A DNA stretch of 64,000 nucleotides from the human T2T-CHM13v2.0 reference genome, Homo sapiens. Position 1 is the stretch's first letter. Every line of letters starts with the position of its first letter. Location: assembly GCF_009914755.1 (NCBI RefSeq), contig NC_060935.1; one strand, given 5' to 3'. Below are positions 14,178 to 27,235 of the stretch, in pieces. The position numbers and the translations under genes were made by a program. The notes beneath the pieces were generated by a model. It saw nothing but the letters and a program-made list of their open reading frames with translations, was not told the DNA's origin and searched no databases.

Positions 14178-14913
14178 GTGTACTGAATACTTACTCTATA
14201 CAGCACACCCTGGCATACTCTGAGGTTATAGTGGATGGTTTCTGCCTTAATGTAACTTATAGTCTAGTAGAGATAAAGAATACTAATAAAAAGCTAATAT
14301 ATAACTGAAAATTGTGTTAAATGTTATAAAGGAAATCAACAAAATGCAATGATGGAAAATTGCGTTGATGGACAACCTACCTAGAAGGGCTGTGGGTCAG
14401 GAGCAGCCTGACTTTACTGGAGTCCAGCATACGGTAGGCGCTTAACAGATATAGGGTGAGTAGCAGTGGGGCATGAGTCGGCTTGCCTTCCCTGTAGAAG
14501 GTTATGAAGTCCCTGCGAGACCCACAGCCTGTCAGTAGACTCTGGGTACCATCATTCAATTTACTTTTTTTCTTAGAGGCCTCTCTGTTCTTGCTTCTAT
14601 TCAATTAGATGGAGAAAATCCCAGGAATGCTCTCGGTGACTCCTTTTTAGCTGCTGGTTTTCCTGCCCCTTTCAGGGAAAGACTCTGGCTTAGGTAGGAA
14701 TATGAAGGCAGACCCTGAGGTGAGAAGTCTGGCGAAGTCTGCCTGTTTATAGGGGCAAGTAAGTCATGTGGCCTCACTTTCTCCATCCACAAAATGGGCT
14801 CTATACTGTCCATGTCAGCCACAGGGTGGTTGAGATGATCCTCAGGAAGCCCTTTCAAAGTCAGACATGATCTATAAATGCATTACCTTCTTTATCATTA
14901 AAACCTCAGTTGG

Positions 14914-15229
<316 letters not shown>

Positions 15230-16691
15230 CTAGATGTTCTTTTTTGCATTTTTCTAGAAGAAAGGAAGAAAGAACCAGTAAGGAAGCTAATATCTGTTTG
15301 GCTTTTGCTTTTTTTCTTCATTAAAATGACAATAATGTTTACAATGTGATTTGGTACCCGTACAGGTAATCCGTTCAATCTCTTATCTTGTGTTCATAAT
15401 TGATGTTTAGAGTGATAGCTCTCCAGCTCAGAATCCTCATAGAAAAGTAATTTAATTTTCAGTGTACCAAAGCAGAAAGAATGAGGCAATATACATTAAA
15501 AAGGTTTTCAGAATGGTTTAATTCCAGAGGAACTTTCTTCTTAGGCCTTTAATAAACCTCAGTTATTCTCAACAATCTCTGAGTTTCCATGGCTGGTCCA
15601 TGGGATCTGAAGGTAGCATTGTGTCTCCCTGGCTAGAGTGGAAACATATAAAAATGATCCTGGATAACCAGGAGACAACATTTCCTTCGCATGTATCCAG
15701 GCAGAACAAGGAGATAAAGGAAAAGTCTGTAGCTTTTTGAAAACTGTTTTCCCAGAAATCGGTTATTTGTGCTGGTTAAAAGCCTTGTACGGGAGAGGGA
15801 GAACAAAAACCCTGTTCATCCATAACCATAGTTTAATTCCCTTATAGGGCCTTTTAGGATCTGGAGAGAATATTTTGGATTTATTTTTGTTTCCCTTGGG
15901 CTGACATCATCAAGCATGCATCATGGTGCCCTGTTTTGGGTTTGGAAAAAGCTCAGAGAAGCTATAAATCTTAAAGCATTTTACTATTTTTTCCTTTTCC
16001 TTTTCTAAAAGCACAACTTTTCTGGTCTCTTAAAAGAAAAAGAAAAAGAAAAAACTACAAAAGTATGTATTGATCTCTTCCCCTCGGATCTTAACTGCCC
16101 TGGCTGTAATACCTTGCTTACATCTGCCAGGTTTTTGTGCAGTTTTGCAACATCTCCTTAATCCAGTGAGCATAAATAGAACATTTCAATCATATTTGGC
16201 TACCAGGAACTTCACAGATAAGCACGCTAAGACCTTGTTGAAAGAGACTGTATGAGATTGTGTGCGATAAGATCATCCTATAGCCCAGTGCACAAATGAA
16301 AAACTTTTGTTCTTGGTGAAATTTGTTGATAGAGATATTTCAAATAAATGACTTAGGAGAACTTAGTATTTTAAAACAAAGGACCGGTTACGTAGCAGCC
16401 AGAAGCCCAGGCCTCTTGGTTCTCCACAGCCACGAAGATCCCTCCTTGAGCAGTTGCTGCAGGGAGATTAGTGTGCCCCTTTGTCATTTCTGACATTGTG
16501 TTTTAGCACTCGCAGGCAGCCTTATCTGCAAGTGCTGTATTCGGTGTGGTCATGGCCCCAGGGAGTGCCATTGTCCTTCCTCATATTTTCAAGGCTCAGG
16601 ACAGTTCCCTCCACTCTTCAGTCAGCTCCAGATTGGCCTTCATCCAGGCCAAGGCAGGATGCATAGGATGCATGGCTGGCTGGCTGGCTTG

Positions 16692-16790
16692 CTTCCTTCC
16701 TTCCTTCCTTCCTTCCTTCCTTCCTTCCTTCCTTCCTCCTTCCCTCCCTCCCTCCCTCCCTCTCTCTCTCTCTCTCTCTGTCTGTCTGTC

Positions 16791-16871
<81 letters not shown>

Positions 16872-16885
16872 TTTCTTCCTTTCTT
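16692..16885 (+). repeat. Compound (CCTT)n(CCCT)n(CT)n(CTTT)n pyrimidine tract occupying the tail position of the adjacent Alu
   Basis: 194 nt with only three purines (G at 16780, 16784, 16788). Confidence 0.95.
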
Positions 16886-17164
<279 letters not shown>

Positions 17165-17235
17165 TGCCTGGCTTTCTTTCTAAGAACCCCATAGAGAGCT
17201 TCTCTTTTGGACAGTAGGGGCAACTGTTTTTTACT

Positions 17236-17236
<1 letters not shown>

Positions 17237-17272
<36 letters not shown>
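17237..17272 (+). repeat. (GT)18 microsatellite
   Basis: Direct read. Confidence 0.97.
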
Positions 17273-17274
<2 letters not shown>

Positions 17275-18719
17275 CCGCATATGTGTGTAGACAAGGTGAG
17301 TTTTTTTCCACCTCTACATTTTTCTCTTCCGATTCTCTTTCTTGTTTGTTTGCTCATTCAGTCAACAAAAATGAGCCCCTGCCATGTTCTGAGGTCAGTG
17401 ATGAAGACTGAGAGGATGAATCTGGTATGGACCCTTATGCAGGAGATATAATCCAGCCAGCACAGACCCATGTCAGCCCCACAGCCTTTCAGTTTTGTAA
17501 ACCTGGTTGGAAAGAACCTAAGAAATCATCTAGCTCAACCTTTGCATTGTTGCAGAGGTGTCAAGTGAAATCTAGAGAAACTAAGTAGTTTGGCCAAGGT
17601 TATTTAATGGATATCTGCAGAGCCAGGTCCCCTGCACTCAGCCCGATGTATATATATGTACACATATATACATGGTCAATATACCACTGTTTTAAAGGTG
17701 ATTCTTAAGAAAACACAGCTGGTTTGGTATTTTCTCTCTCTCCCTTTAAACGGTTCCAAAACAACCAAATGGCCACTGTCTTCCCTAACTCTCCTGGTCT
17801 GGATCCCCAGCAGAGAGGCACCTGCTGTGTGCTCCCAAAACCTGCAGCATGGAAGGTGTTAACTAGCACTCAGTTAGTTCTTGGTTGTTTTTCTTAATCT
17901 GTTGTTTGAAATCCTTGGCTTTTATTGGTATATTTACTTTATGGCATACATAAAGAGCTGTATTAAAAAATAAATTGTGTTGTAAAAGCATTCGGTAATG
18001 TTTATTAATATTGACTAGTCAGGGAGCAACGAACTCTATTGCTAGAAGGATAATTTGTGGTAATACCCGCTAAGCATTCACAGCTTGTCAAATGACTGTC
18101 TAATCTCAACATTAAAAAAAAGTGGGCAAAAGGGTAATTTCCCTTATGCCTTGAGAAAATGAAAGTGACCCATTCCCCAGCCAACATTAGAATGATTGCT
18201 TCTTTTTCTCCCCTGGGATACCAGGCCTCCTTTGTGGTTCCAGGCAGTCCCATGGCTAGATTTTAGTGGTTAGGTATCCCTTTGTCTTAGGGTGGTTGGA
18301 AATTGCCTTGTTAGCAATAGCTTCTCATATGTCTGTTCTGGCTGCCTGGATCTGTGCTGAGGCCATAAAAGACAGAGATAAAGACATAGTTCTTGCCCCC
18401 ACAGAGTGTATAGTCTTAAGGAACTTATAAATGGCTTAGTCTTGAATCTTGAACTTAATATTCCTACAAAATACATAAGGAGAATGACACTGGGTGTGAC
18501 TAATGGCCTACTTAGCCTGGAATGTGGTACTTTTGGTGGCATGAAGAGACATTCCTTGGGAAGACATGATGTCACCCTTAGAAGGAAGGGAACATTCCCC
18601 AGAGTATCCCTGATGCCCTATGAATAACATGGTCTGGCTTAGGGTAGAGGCCGCTAGTAGAACAGGCTCTGTTTAGAGTATTCCTTTTACACAAAAAGAC
18701 ACATAGAAAGTACAGGAGA

Positions 18720-18862
18720 GCTAGTCTGGGCGTGGTGGCTCATGCCTGTAATTTCAGCACTTTGGGAGGCCAAGATGGGAGGATCACTTGAGCCTAGGGG
18801 TTCAAGACCAGCCCAGACAACATAGCAAGACCTCGTCTCTATTAAAAACAATTATTTAAAAA
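18720..18862 (+). mobile_element. Free left Alu monomer (FLAM_C-like)
   Basis: Single arm with A-rich tail. Perfect 15-bp TSD AGAAAGTACAGGAGA (18705-18719 and 18863-18877) indicates it inserted as a monomer. Confidence 0.92.
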
Positions 18863-19476
18863 AGAAAGTACAGGAGAATGGACTGAATATGGAAACACTC
18901 TGCAGTCTCCCTGGAAGTTGCTTTGGGGAGGAAATACTGATAGCCTCATAACTTTGCATTCATCCCTTCCTCTTAAAATTAGAGCACAGAATGCCGTTGA
19001 CTATTTCACCTTTCCTTTGTCATTTGAATTAAAGGTAAATGGACGTTGAAAGTGTGTTTTTGACTTAAAGGTCTAAGGAGGAAGAGTGAGCCCATTGCTA
19101 AAGTACATAAGCTTTCCCTTTACTCAATTCTGTGTCTACTTGGAAAGGTGAATGAGGCTAGGGCAAGGTTCTCTTATCACCAAGCTTAAGAGTCGGTTGC
19201 TTTTGCGGCTGAGAGCATTGGCAGAGCTCCATAAAGGGACCTACCTTATGCTGTCCCCACATGGGGCCCAAGGCTGCATGTCAGCACCAACTGCCCAGGT
19301 CCTGCTCGACAGGACCAGGAAGTTTGCATGGTGGCTGGGTAAGTAGATGATCTTGGAGAGTGTTGGTTCTCATGGGGGCGGCAGACTTTTTGGAGAAGAG
19401 AGGATCATTTAGGTCATGGCTGGGATCTTACAGAATCTCCCGTCTGCTTCCTATCTATTCTGAGTACCCCTCTGAA

Positions 19477-19633
19477 GCACTGAGAAGGTCAAATTGATGG
19501 TCATAGGATCAGAAAGGGGTGGTCATAGGATCAAAAAGCCCAAAGCATCGGGGTGACTTTTGCACTGATGAGGTCAAATTGATGGTCATAGAATCAGAAA
19601 GCAAAAACCCAAAGCATTGGGGTGACTTTTGCA
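19477..19633. repeat. Local tandem duplication (85-bp and 69-bp units)
   Basis: Both units read gcactga..aggtcaaattgatggtcatag.atcagaaag...cccaaagcat.ggggtgactttt. Confidence 0.92.
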
Positions 19634-22600
19634 TGTGGAGTGGCCTCATACCTACAATAGGGTGAGTTGGGAAGGATTATGTACTGCATTGATGTGGTCT
19701 GAGTGTTGGTTCAGAGGATGGCTCAGTTAGGCTGAAAACAAGGACAACATCGTCTTATAAATGCCCTTACAGGATGGATTTCCCACTTTATTTTTCCTCA
19801 TTCAAAGGCGGGAGAGAGCAGTGGGTAGTCCAGCTGTGGAGCCCTCCCATTCACTTTTCCCAATTACAGGTCCTAGTTCCCCATGCTGGTCTTTCCAGCA
19901 AAACTCACAGGTCAGACAATTTCAACCCTTGGATTATTGGAACTGAGGTTTCTTTCTCTAAACCTTCCCTGCCTGTTGGTCTGCTCCAACTTGAGCATTT
20001 GCCCCTGGGCTCAGGAACCTGGGAAGACATGTGACATTGGCAGTGCTGGGACATGAACCCCTCTCTCTCAGCTAGGTAGTGCTCCTGGGCTTTTCCCTTT
20101 GACATCTGCTAGTGCAGTGAGTTCTTCGCATAGCCTTCCCCCCTTGGTCCCTGGCTGCATAGGATGGAAGTGGGCCGAGCTTACCCTGCAGAGAGTAGAC
20201 ATGGTGGATGCCCCCTTGGGGCTCAGCTGTTGTGGTCAGCTCTCTCTGGAAGCTGAAGGTAGGGAGGATGGAGTATGGCTTGGGTCTCTCCTTGCTGCCC
20301 TTTATGCTGCTGTTGCTGTTCTAGGTAGGCTAGGTTGATAAAGGCTTACCCTGAAGATGACAGGTTGGTCTAATGGCTTCATGCTTCTATGCAGTAGCCA
20401 TTAGCCTTCTTTGTATGGACTTTAGGAGCCACAGGACAGGGTCCAGTTTTGAATTGGAGGCTGTCTATGAAGCTGTTGTACTTAGAATATTGTTAGGATG
20501 AGCAAAGGAATGCCATAGATGCCACTTTACAGAGAGGGATTTCTCCAGCATCCTTGATCAATCCCTTTTGAACGAGGCCTCATGAGGAAAGGAAATATAG
20601 GCACGGTCTCTGCCATTATGGAGTTTGCTCTCTAAACCAGATGAAATCTTTATGAGTTTGCAGACTCACAATAGCACAGAAATGGTTCAAATGATGAGCT
20701 TGTATCTTGCTAGCTTCGTTTTACTAGTGAGAGTTGTTTGGTTGAAAACCAGTGAGAAGGAATGAATTCTTCTCTTCAGTTTCTTGTCAAAAGGTTCAGA
20801 TTTGTTTAGCTTGAATTTCTCATAATGATTCAGCTTTCTTGAGACAATAGAAACTTGTTAGAGGTTAATGTGTTCTTTGTCTTTTTGGACATAAGTGAAA
20901 ATCTGTTACAAGCAAGGTGAGTTTACCTAATGAGCCACTAAGAGTTGGGGAGAACTTGAGTCTGTTCCCCAGGAATGGAGAGTGAGGACCTGAAGCATAT
21001 GGGGCAATGGAATCTCCACTGAGTATAGGATGGAGATGCGTGGGCTGTACTAGAACTGGGTTACTTTCAAAATGGTGTTCAGCAAGGTAGCTTCTTCTCA
21101 GAGAAGAGTGTGTGAAAACTCTACCACCAACTAAGGCAGTGTGCAGAAAGGTGCAAAAATGTCCCCAGATGTCTTCCTTCCTTTCCTGTCACAGTGGAGG
21201 CTGATAATCTCAGATGGCCACGTGCAATTAAACCTTATGAAAAGACAGGACTAGATTGGGAAGATGTGAGTGTGTGGTAAGGAAGAAGGAGGTGGATAGA
21301 ATTTCCATTTTGATCTAAATGCTTTGCAGTTGCATAATGTGGTGATGGTAGTGGTGGGAGGTTGTGGTCTAAAGAGGGAATAGACTGTGAGTTCACACAA
21401 ATTTGCACTTTTGCTCCAGGAATCGGTTGGAATTCTATTTCCACATTGGCTGTTCTGCAGACTGTGCCATGGAGAGTCTACTGGTAGCCAGGTACCTCAA
21501 ATGCACTGAAATTCTCCACCATTATTTTCTTTGAATTAGGAGAAGCCTTCACTTTTCCACATTCTTCCTTTGGTAGATGAACAAGAATTAAAGATACGAG
21601 CAAACCAGTGCTGGGCTCTGTTGAACTCCCAGGCCTGTGAGGTTGTTCCCTTTTTCTCTAATGAACTTTATGTGCTTTGCCCAGGTCTCTCTGCCAGTGA
21701 GGAAAGACCTTTGCCCTTGTACTTCATGTGAAATCACATGGACACCATATTAATCTCTGGTAACCTGTATGGGGCACTGAGTTAGTGGGTCAGTTGCAGG
21801 GCAGTGACCTTACCCTGAGGATTAGACAGGATAGGACATCCGGGTCTCTGAAGGCAGCGAAATGCATGACAACAGAGTCATTCCGAGGACAGGCTGGTGG
21901 TAACTTCTGGAAGTTTCTTTCACTGAAAGATAAATAGCAAGTGAGTAAAGGAGGAAACTCAGGCCACTTGGATTAGATTTTAAATGACTAGATTGCTGGG
22001 ATTGGGTCTAGAGGTTTGCTTGGGCAATCCTAGCCTGGCTGCCTCAGTGTCAGAGGACATCACAATGCACCGTAAGAAGTGGGACGTGGCTCAGGGAGAA
22101 TAATAGTGCCCCTTAGAGGACCACCTGGTAGGCTAGGTAAAAGGATATGGGTAAGACTTTTGAATGATAAAATTTTGTCTCTATTCAAAATATTTGATGT
22201 GATCTTCATCACTTTATAGGTGATCAAACACAGAGAGATTGTGATAGCATGACTTGTCCAAGGTTAATGGCCGAGTCAGGTGGGAGGATGCAGGTCTTCT
22301 GGCTGCTGGCTGGGCATTCTTCTTTGTACCCTGCCACCTCTGTAGTAAAAGGGCAAGTGCCTGTCATCTTTCACACCAAGCCAATCCAGTTGGCCAAGAT
22401 AAGCCACTTCCACCAACTGCCAAGCAAATCCATTCATACCTAGAGAAAAGGCAGTGGTGTTACCCAAACCAAGAGTGTTTATCATGGTGAGGGATTTGAT
22501 TTGGAACCCTCATGGAGAAGAGATGGGAGCCCCAGAGGGGAGTTTAGCCTGGTGGTGGCTCCCAAATCTGAAGACCGGTCACTCTAGTGTCCCTTTGGAA

Positions 22601-24707
22601 AATAAATCCAAATGGGTGTTCGTCCTCCTATTCCTCTTGACAGCCACCCTTCAGAAGTGGGCACTCCAGGAGCTAACAAACCCCTGGTGAAGAAAAGGAT
22701 GAAAATAAACTGAAACCCTTATGTTGCCATCCACCAGATTTTGCCATGACTGTGTGCGAGTTCACCTGCCAAACCCCTTATGAATAGAGCCTTTGCCACT
22801 CTATAGAAGAACATCTCTTAGAACAGCAAGTATCTATCATGCCCGGGCAAGTGACAGGAATACTCCACCATCGTGTGTGTTTGCATGCACTCACATACCC
22901 CTAGGTATGTAGTTTAAAAGATACTTTGTCCAAAATGCTATTAGGACATGTCCCAGTGCCCAACATTGTGAAATCTATTTAGAGTTAAGAATGTTCAGTT
23001 AAAATGTTCTGTACTGTTAATATTTCTCAATTTGGGTGGATCAGCATGGCAAGGAGCAAGAGAACATGGGGGGGTGGTACCCCTACAGTGTCATAGATAA
23101 GGGTGTGTGTGTGTGTGTATGTTTGTGATTGAGAAATCATTTGTCTTTGGCAAGTGGGGAAAGGGAAAGCATGCAAACAAAACAATGTGATTGAGAAAGA
23201 GCTCTGCTGAGAGAACTTTGTGTGATCCCTATCAGAAGGCCGTACACAGTGGATACCATATGCTGGTCCTCATGCTGTGGGAGCCCATTGACTGTGGCTC
23301 TAGGGAGGCTCACCTGGGTCCACCACATGGTCTTGACACACTGCTGGGTTCTCATTCTGGGACTTGGAAGGGTGGGTGGCTCGGTTTTGCTACCATCTAG
23401 ATACTGCCAGCTTGAGTGTGTAATACTCCCTCTCCCCACCTGCAGTTTTATCTGTTGTCAGTACCAGCTCTCCAGCCTTTTACTATGGTCTTAACACATC
23501 AACATTTTGATGGAGATAGAGGGCCTTGTTTTCCCTTCTGCCTGCCCCACCGCCCACAGATCCGGCTTCTGGCTGCCACGCCTGCCCTGTCCTGAGGGCC
23601 AAGGCCCCTGGGGACGTTGCAGGGATGGCGCAGAGACTGGGGCGGAGGTGGAGGCCAGATCCTGGATCCGGCAATAGCATGTATGGGCCTGACAACAGGA
23701 GTGTGGGTGGGCGGCAGCTTGGAGCCTCTCCCCAGTGCTCGGCTCCCTGCTAGCGCACCCGGTTCCCTGCATCTTACCAGCTCCCGTGCTGGCTCGTGAC
23801 TGAGCTAGGGGTCTGGTGGGAGAGGCCCCGGGTTGGGGGTTGGGAGTTGGGATGGGAGCACTGCTGTAGGTTGGGCCTGTGACCGGTTGTTACTGGGACC
23901 TTGGTCTTCCCAGGGGTGATAACATGGGCCTAGCCCACCTCACAGAATCACAGTAATGGCAAAATGAGAGCATGTGTATGAAGAGCTGCAGATGACTATG
24001 ACCACCCTACATTTATAGAATGATGTTATCCAGTTTCTTGAAACTCTGCTTTCTGTTGGGGCAAGACAGAGGGAAGACACTTCTAAAGCTGGGCCTTAGG
24101 GGAAAGGTGTGCATGTTGGGGTGGGTCATTGCAGTCCTAAGAACATCTGGATGCCAGAGAAGTATCTTATGTCTATAAGGGCATCAATTTATTCACAGGC
24201 TTATTCAGAGCCTCCTTTGTGTCAGTCACTGTAGTGGAAGTTGGAGGTAGGAGAGAGAAAAGATACAGGTGTAGCCCTCCTGGGTCCCATGGGCTCGTTC
24301 ACAGTCACCACCCGGGAAAGGCAGTGCTACACAGAGGTGAGCAGAGGCTGTGGGCCTCCTGTGAGGTCTGTGCTAGTTTGACAGTGAGCATTATGTCTGT
24401 CTGACTGTCCTGGGTGTTGCATCCTTCCTCCCTCTGGAATTGGATCTGATTTTTTTTCTTGGTCCATGTGTCAGTGGTAAAGCCCGTGGACAAGACCAGG
24501 AATGGGTGCTTCACTGGCTGCAGTCCCTGGGCAGAGGGCGTGATTTACGCTGTCTGAGGATCCAGGGATGTGTTTCCATCGGTGCCCTCCTGTTCCCTTC
24601 CGCCTGTCACCTGCCAGAGGGATGGCTGCCAAGCCCCCAGGTAGGGGATGGCCCTGCCTCTTGTCCAGCCAGAGCAGCAGCAACCTCTCTTTTCCTTTCC
24701 CTTACAG

Positions 24708-24805
24708 GAAGCTGCACAGTGGGATGAAGACGTACGGGTGCGAGCTCTGCGGGAAGCGGTTCCTGGATAGTTTGCGGCTGAGAATGCACTTACTGGCTCA
24801 TTCAG
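24708..24805 (+). CDS. ZBTB16: ZBTB16/PLZF coding exon 3: end of zinc finger 1 and all of zinc finger 2
   Basis: Translates (R)KLHSGMKTYGCELCGKRFLDSLRLRMHLLAHS(A), which I recognise as PLZF. Acceptor ctctcttttcctttcccttacAG at 24706-24707, donor CAG|GTAGGC at 24806. 98 nt, enters in phase 2, exits in phase 1. Confidence 0.97.
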
Positions 24806-25654
24806 GTAGGCAAGTTCGCCTTAGTGGCCCGTTCAGATACAGGCAACCATCTCCTGCTTGCCTTTACCCCTCCTCAGAGCCTGCTGTGGCCTGCATGTCC
24901 CCACTGCCCGCTGGGGCCCTGGTCCATCTTGTTCCCTGGACCCTCCCTCCAGGCTTATGACACAGAAGATCCATCCTGATGGCGGGGCCACTTGGATGAA
25001 CCCACCTTCAAGCTCTCGTGGGTTTCCCAGGCATCAGTGGCAACCAGTGCCCTGTGTGATCTACCTTCCAAAGTAGACTGCAGTTTCATTAGTGGAACAG
25101 TTGTGGAATTAGGTTCTCACTGTCTAATGAATCTGACTATTGGGTTCACATTATACAGGAGCCTTTAATTAAATGGATATAGAAAGGTTGGAACACAAAG
25201 CTGGTTATAGCGTGCTGTCTTTTGCAAGTTAATTTTATACAATTCTATTGAGGTCGACTGTGTGGCTGCTGGTAATTTTGCTCATGTTTGGGCAAAGCTG
25301 CTCTGCCCCACGAGGCGTGGAATGGGGAGAAGCACCTGACATTTGGCAGGCCCGAGTGTTCTTGGTGGAGGGAAGGATCTAGCAGGTCTGATGCGGTGGC
25401 TTTGAGGCTTAGGTCACCTGACTTTAGTTGTGGAGGCCTCAACTCTTCTTTGCCAGGTGCATAGTCTCTTCCCTTTAATTCCCTTGCCTTCCAACCTTGG
25501 AGTCATTTTTTAGGGGAGAGGAGAGGGCTGTTGTTTCATTTGGTCTTGTCTTCTCCTCATGTAGGCCAAGGCCTGCCTCTCCTTTCCCCATATTGGCTCC
25601 AGAAACTGGCCCTCCAGGCAGTTTGGCATTTGGGAAATGGGCTTTGGGGTCAGG

Positions 25655-25855
25655 CAGAGAAAGGTTCAAATCCTGTTTGTAATATGTGCTGTGTGACCTT
25701 AGCTACATTCATCTTGTGAACCTCAGTTTCTGCATCTGTCAAGTGCTGGTGTTGTTAACTTACATAATTTTTTGGAGGATTAAGTGACAGAATATACGTT
25801 GAAGGCATCTGTAGTAAGCCCCTGGCATACAGTTGGCATTTAATAAATGTTAATG
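25655..25855 (+). mobile_element. MIR
   Basis: ggttcaaatcctg...gctgtgtgaccttag...cctcagtttctgcatctgt...cctggcatacag...taataaatgtta. Confidence 0.75.
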
Positions 25856-26689
25856 GTTTCTGCTTGCACCTTCCTCCCTCATCCTTGTTTCTGAGCCTGT
25901 TGCCCCGGGGGGCGTGTCCCCATCCGCTCGTTCCCTGCCTGCCTGGCCGTTTAGTACTGTCTTTCCCCTGAGCCCATCATGGGTACAGTCGTGGAAGTGC
26001 TCTTCGTTCGCTTTTTCTGCTTCAGCTCCCCACTGCCTTGCTGCAGGGCCCATGTGGTTCCGCATTGTGTTGGATGTGGTCTCTCCCCCGGCCCTCATGG
26101 CCCTTCCTAAAGCGTCCTAACTCCTTCTCACTTCCCATTCTTCCCTCTTCCAGGCGCACGGATTTGTCCACAGCAGGCAGCTGGCAGCTATCTCTCTCAG
26201 CGCGTCTACTGTCCCCATGTCTTCGTGCATTCTGTTCTTCCTTCCTGTGGGCCCTCCCCACCCTGCCCCTGGCTCCACTGAATCATCCTCCTCCTGCCCA
26301 TGTGTCTCACCTCAGCCCAGAGCCCTAACTTCCAGGCATTTCTGCGTCCGGATCTGCTTGACACTCACGTACACTTTTTCTTCTGTTTTAGGGACTTACA
26401 CCTTGTATCTTCATGCTTCCCTTCAGCTTTGTACGCTACTTAAGGTTCAGAGTGTGGCGGGTTTCATGAACTATCTGCCTACCAGGTTGGCTACCCTTCC
26501 CTTGCTTTCTTGGTCTTGATTTTTTCTGCTTTAGCCCACCACTGCCTTACTGCAGAGTGTGGTGCGTCCTGCCCTAGACCCCTGTGTGGTGCTGGGCACT
26601 TCTGGGGCAGTGCACTTCTAGCCTGTTGGTAAAGCGTCTTTGCCCTCTCAGCCGCAGTAAGCGTCCTTTCTTATTGCTCTTTCCTTGAG

Positions 26690-27235
26690 TCCAGTGCTGT
26701 AGCCAGACTCATTTTCTTGGTTTGCTTTATGGGCTTGTTGCTTTCTGGGCTCTGTGGCTTTGTTTGCCCCATTCTGTCTACTTGGAATAACCCATCTCCC
26801 ATCTTCCCAGATCTTCCAAGGTCCCTTCCATGATGCCATCCCCAGCTGTTCCCCACCTCCAGCCAGAAGCAGTCGTGCCTTTTCTGTGCCCATGTTTCTT
26901 TATTTGAAGCTATCTTTGGGTGCAGTTTTTCTTCTGTGTTACAGTTATTTATGGACTTATCTCTCTTACTTGGGAGGCGGGGTTACATGGTGGAAGGAAT
27001 TTGGACACGTACCTACTGCTGATGTGATCTGGGGCAAGAACCATAAGCTCTTACAGCCTCAGTATCCTCATCTGTAAAATGAAAATATTTAACGCTATCT
27101 CGGAGAAGCTGTGAGGCTCACCTTGAATACATACCACCATAGCTAACATGTCATGGGGTTAGATCCTGTCCACGTTATGTCCAGCACACTGCCTGGCACA
27201 TTATTGGTGCCAAGAAGTATTTGTTGAGTGAATGA
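26690..27235 (+). mobile_element. L2 3' region interrupted by a MIR (about 26985-27120)
   Basis: L2-like ...ccagcacactgcctggcaca...tatttgttgagtgaatg tail. MIR core cctcagtatcctcatctgtaaaatg. Confidence 0.55.

Noticed and set aside
19477-19633. CRISPR-like or other repeat-spacer array
   Set aside because: Only two adjacent units with no unique spacers, in a mammalian intron. It is a simple tandem duplication.
24568-24960. 130-aa ORF containing a zinc finger as a stand-alone gene
   Set aside because: Only 24708-24805 is coding, bounded by canonical splice sites. The flanks are intron read-through.
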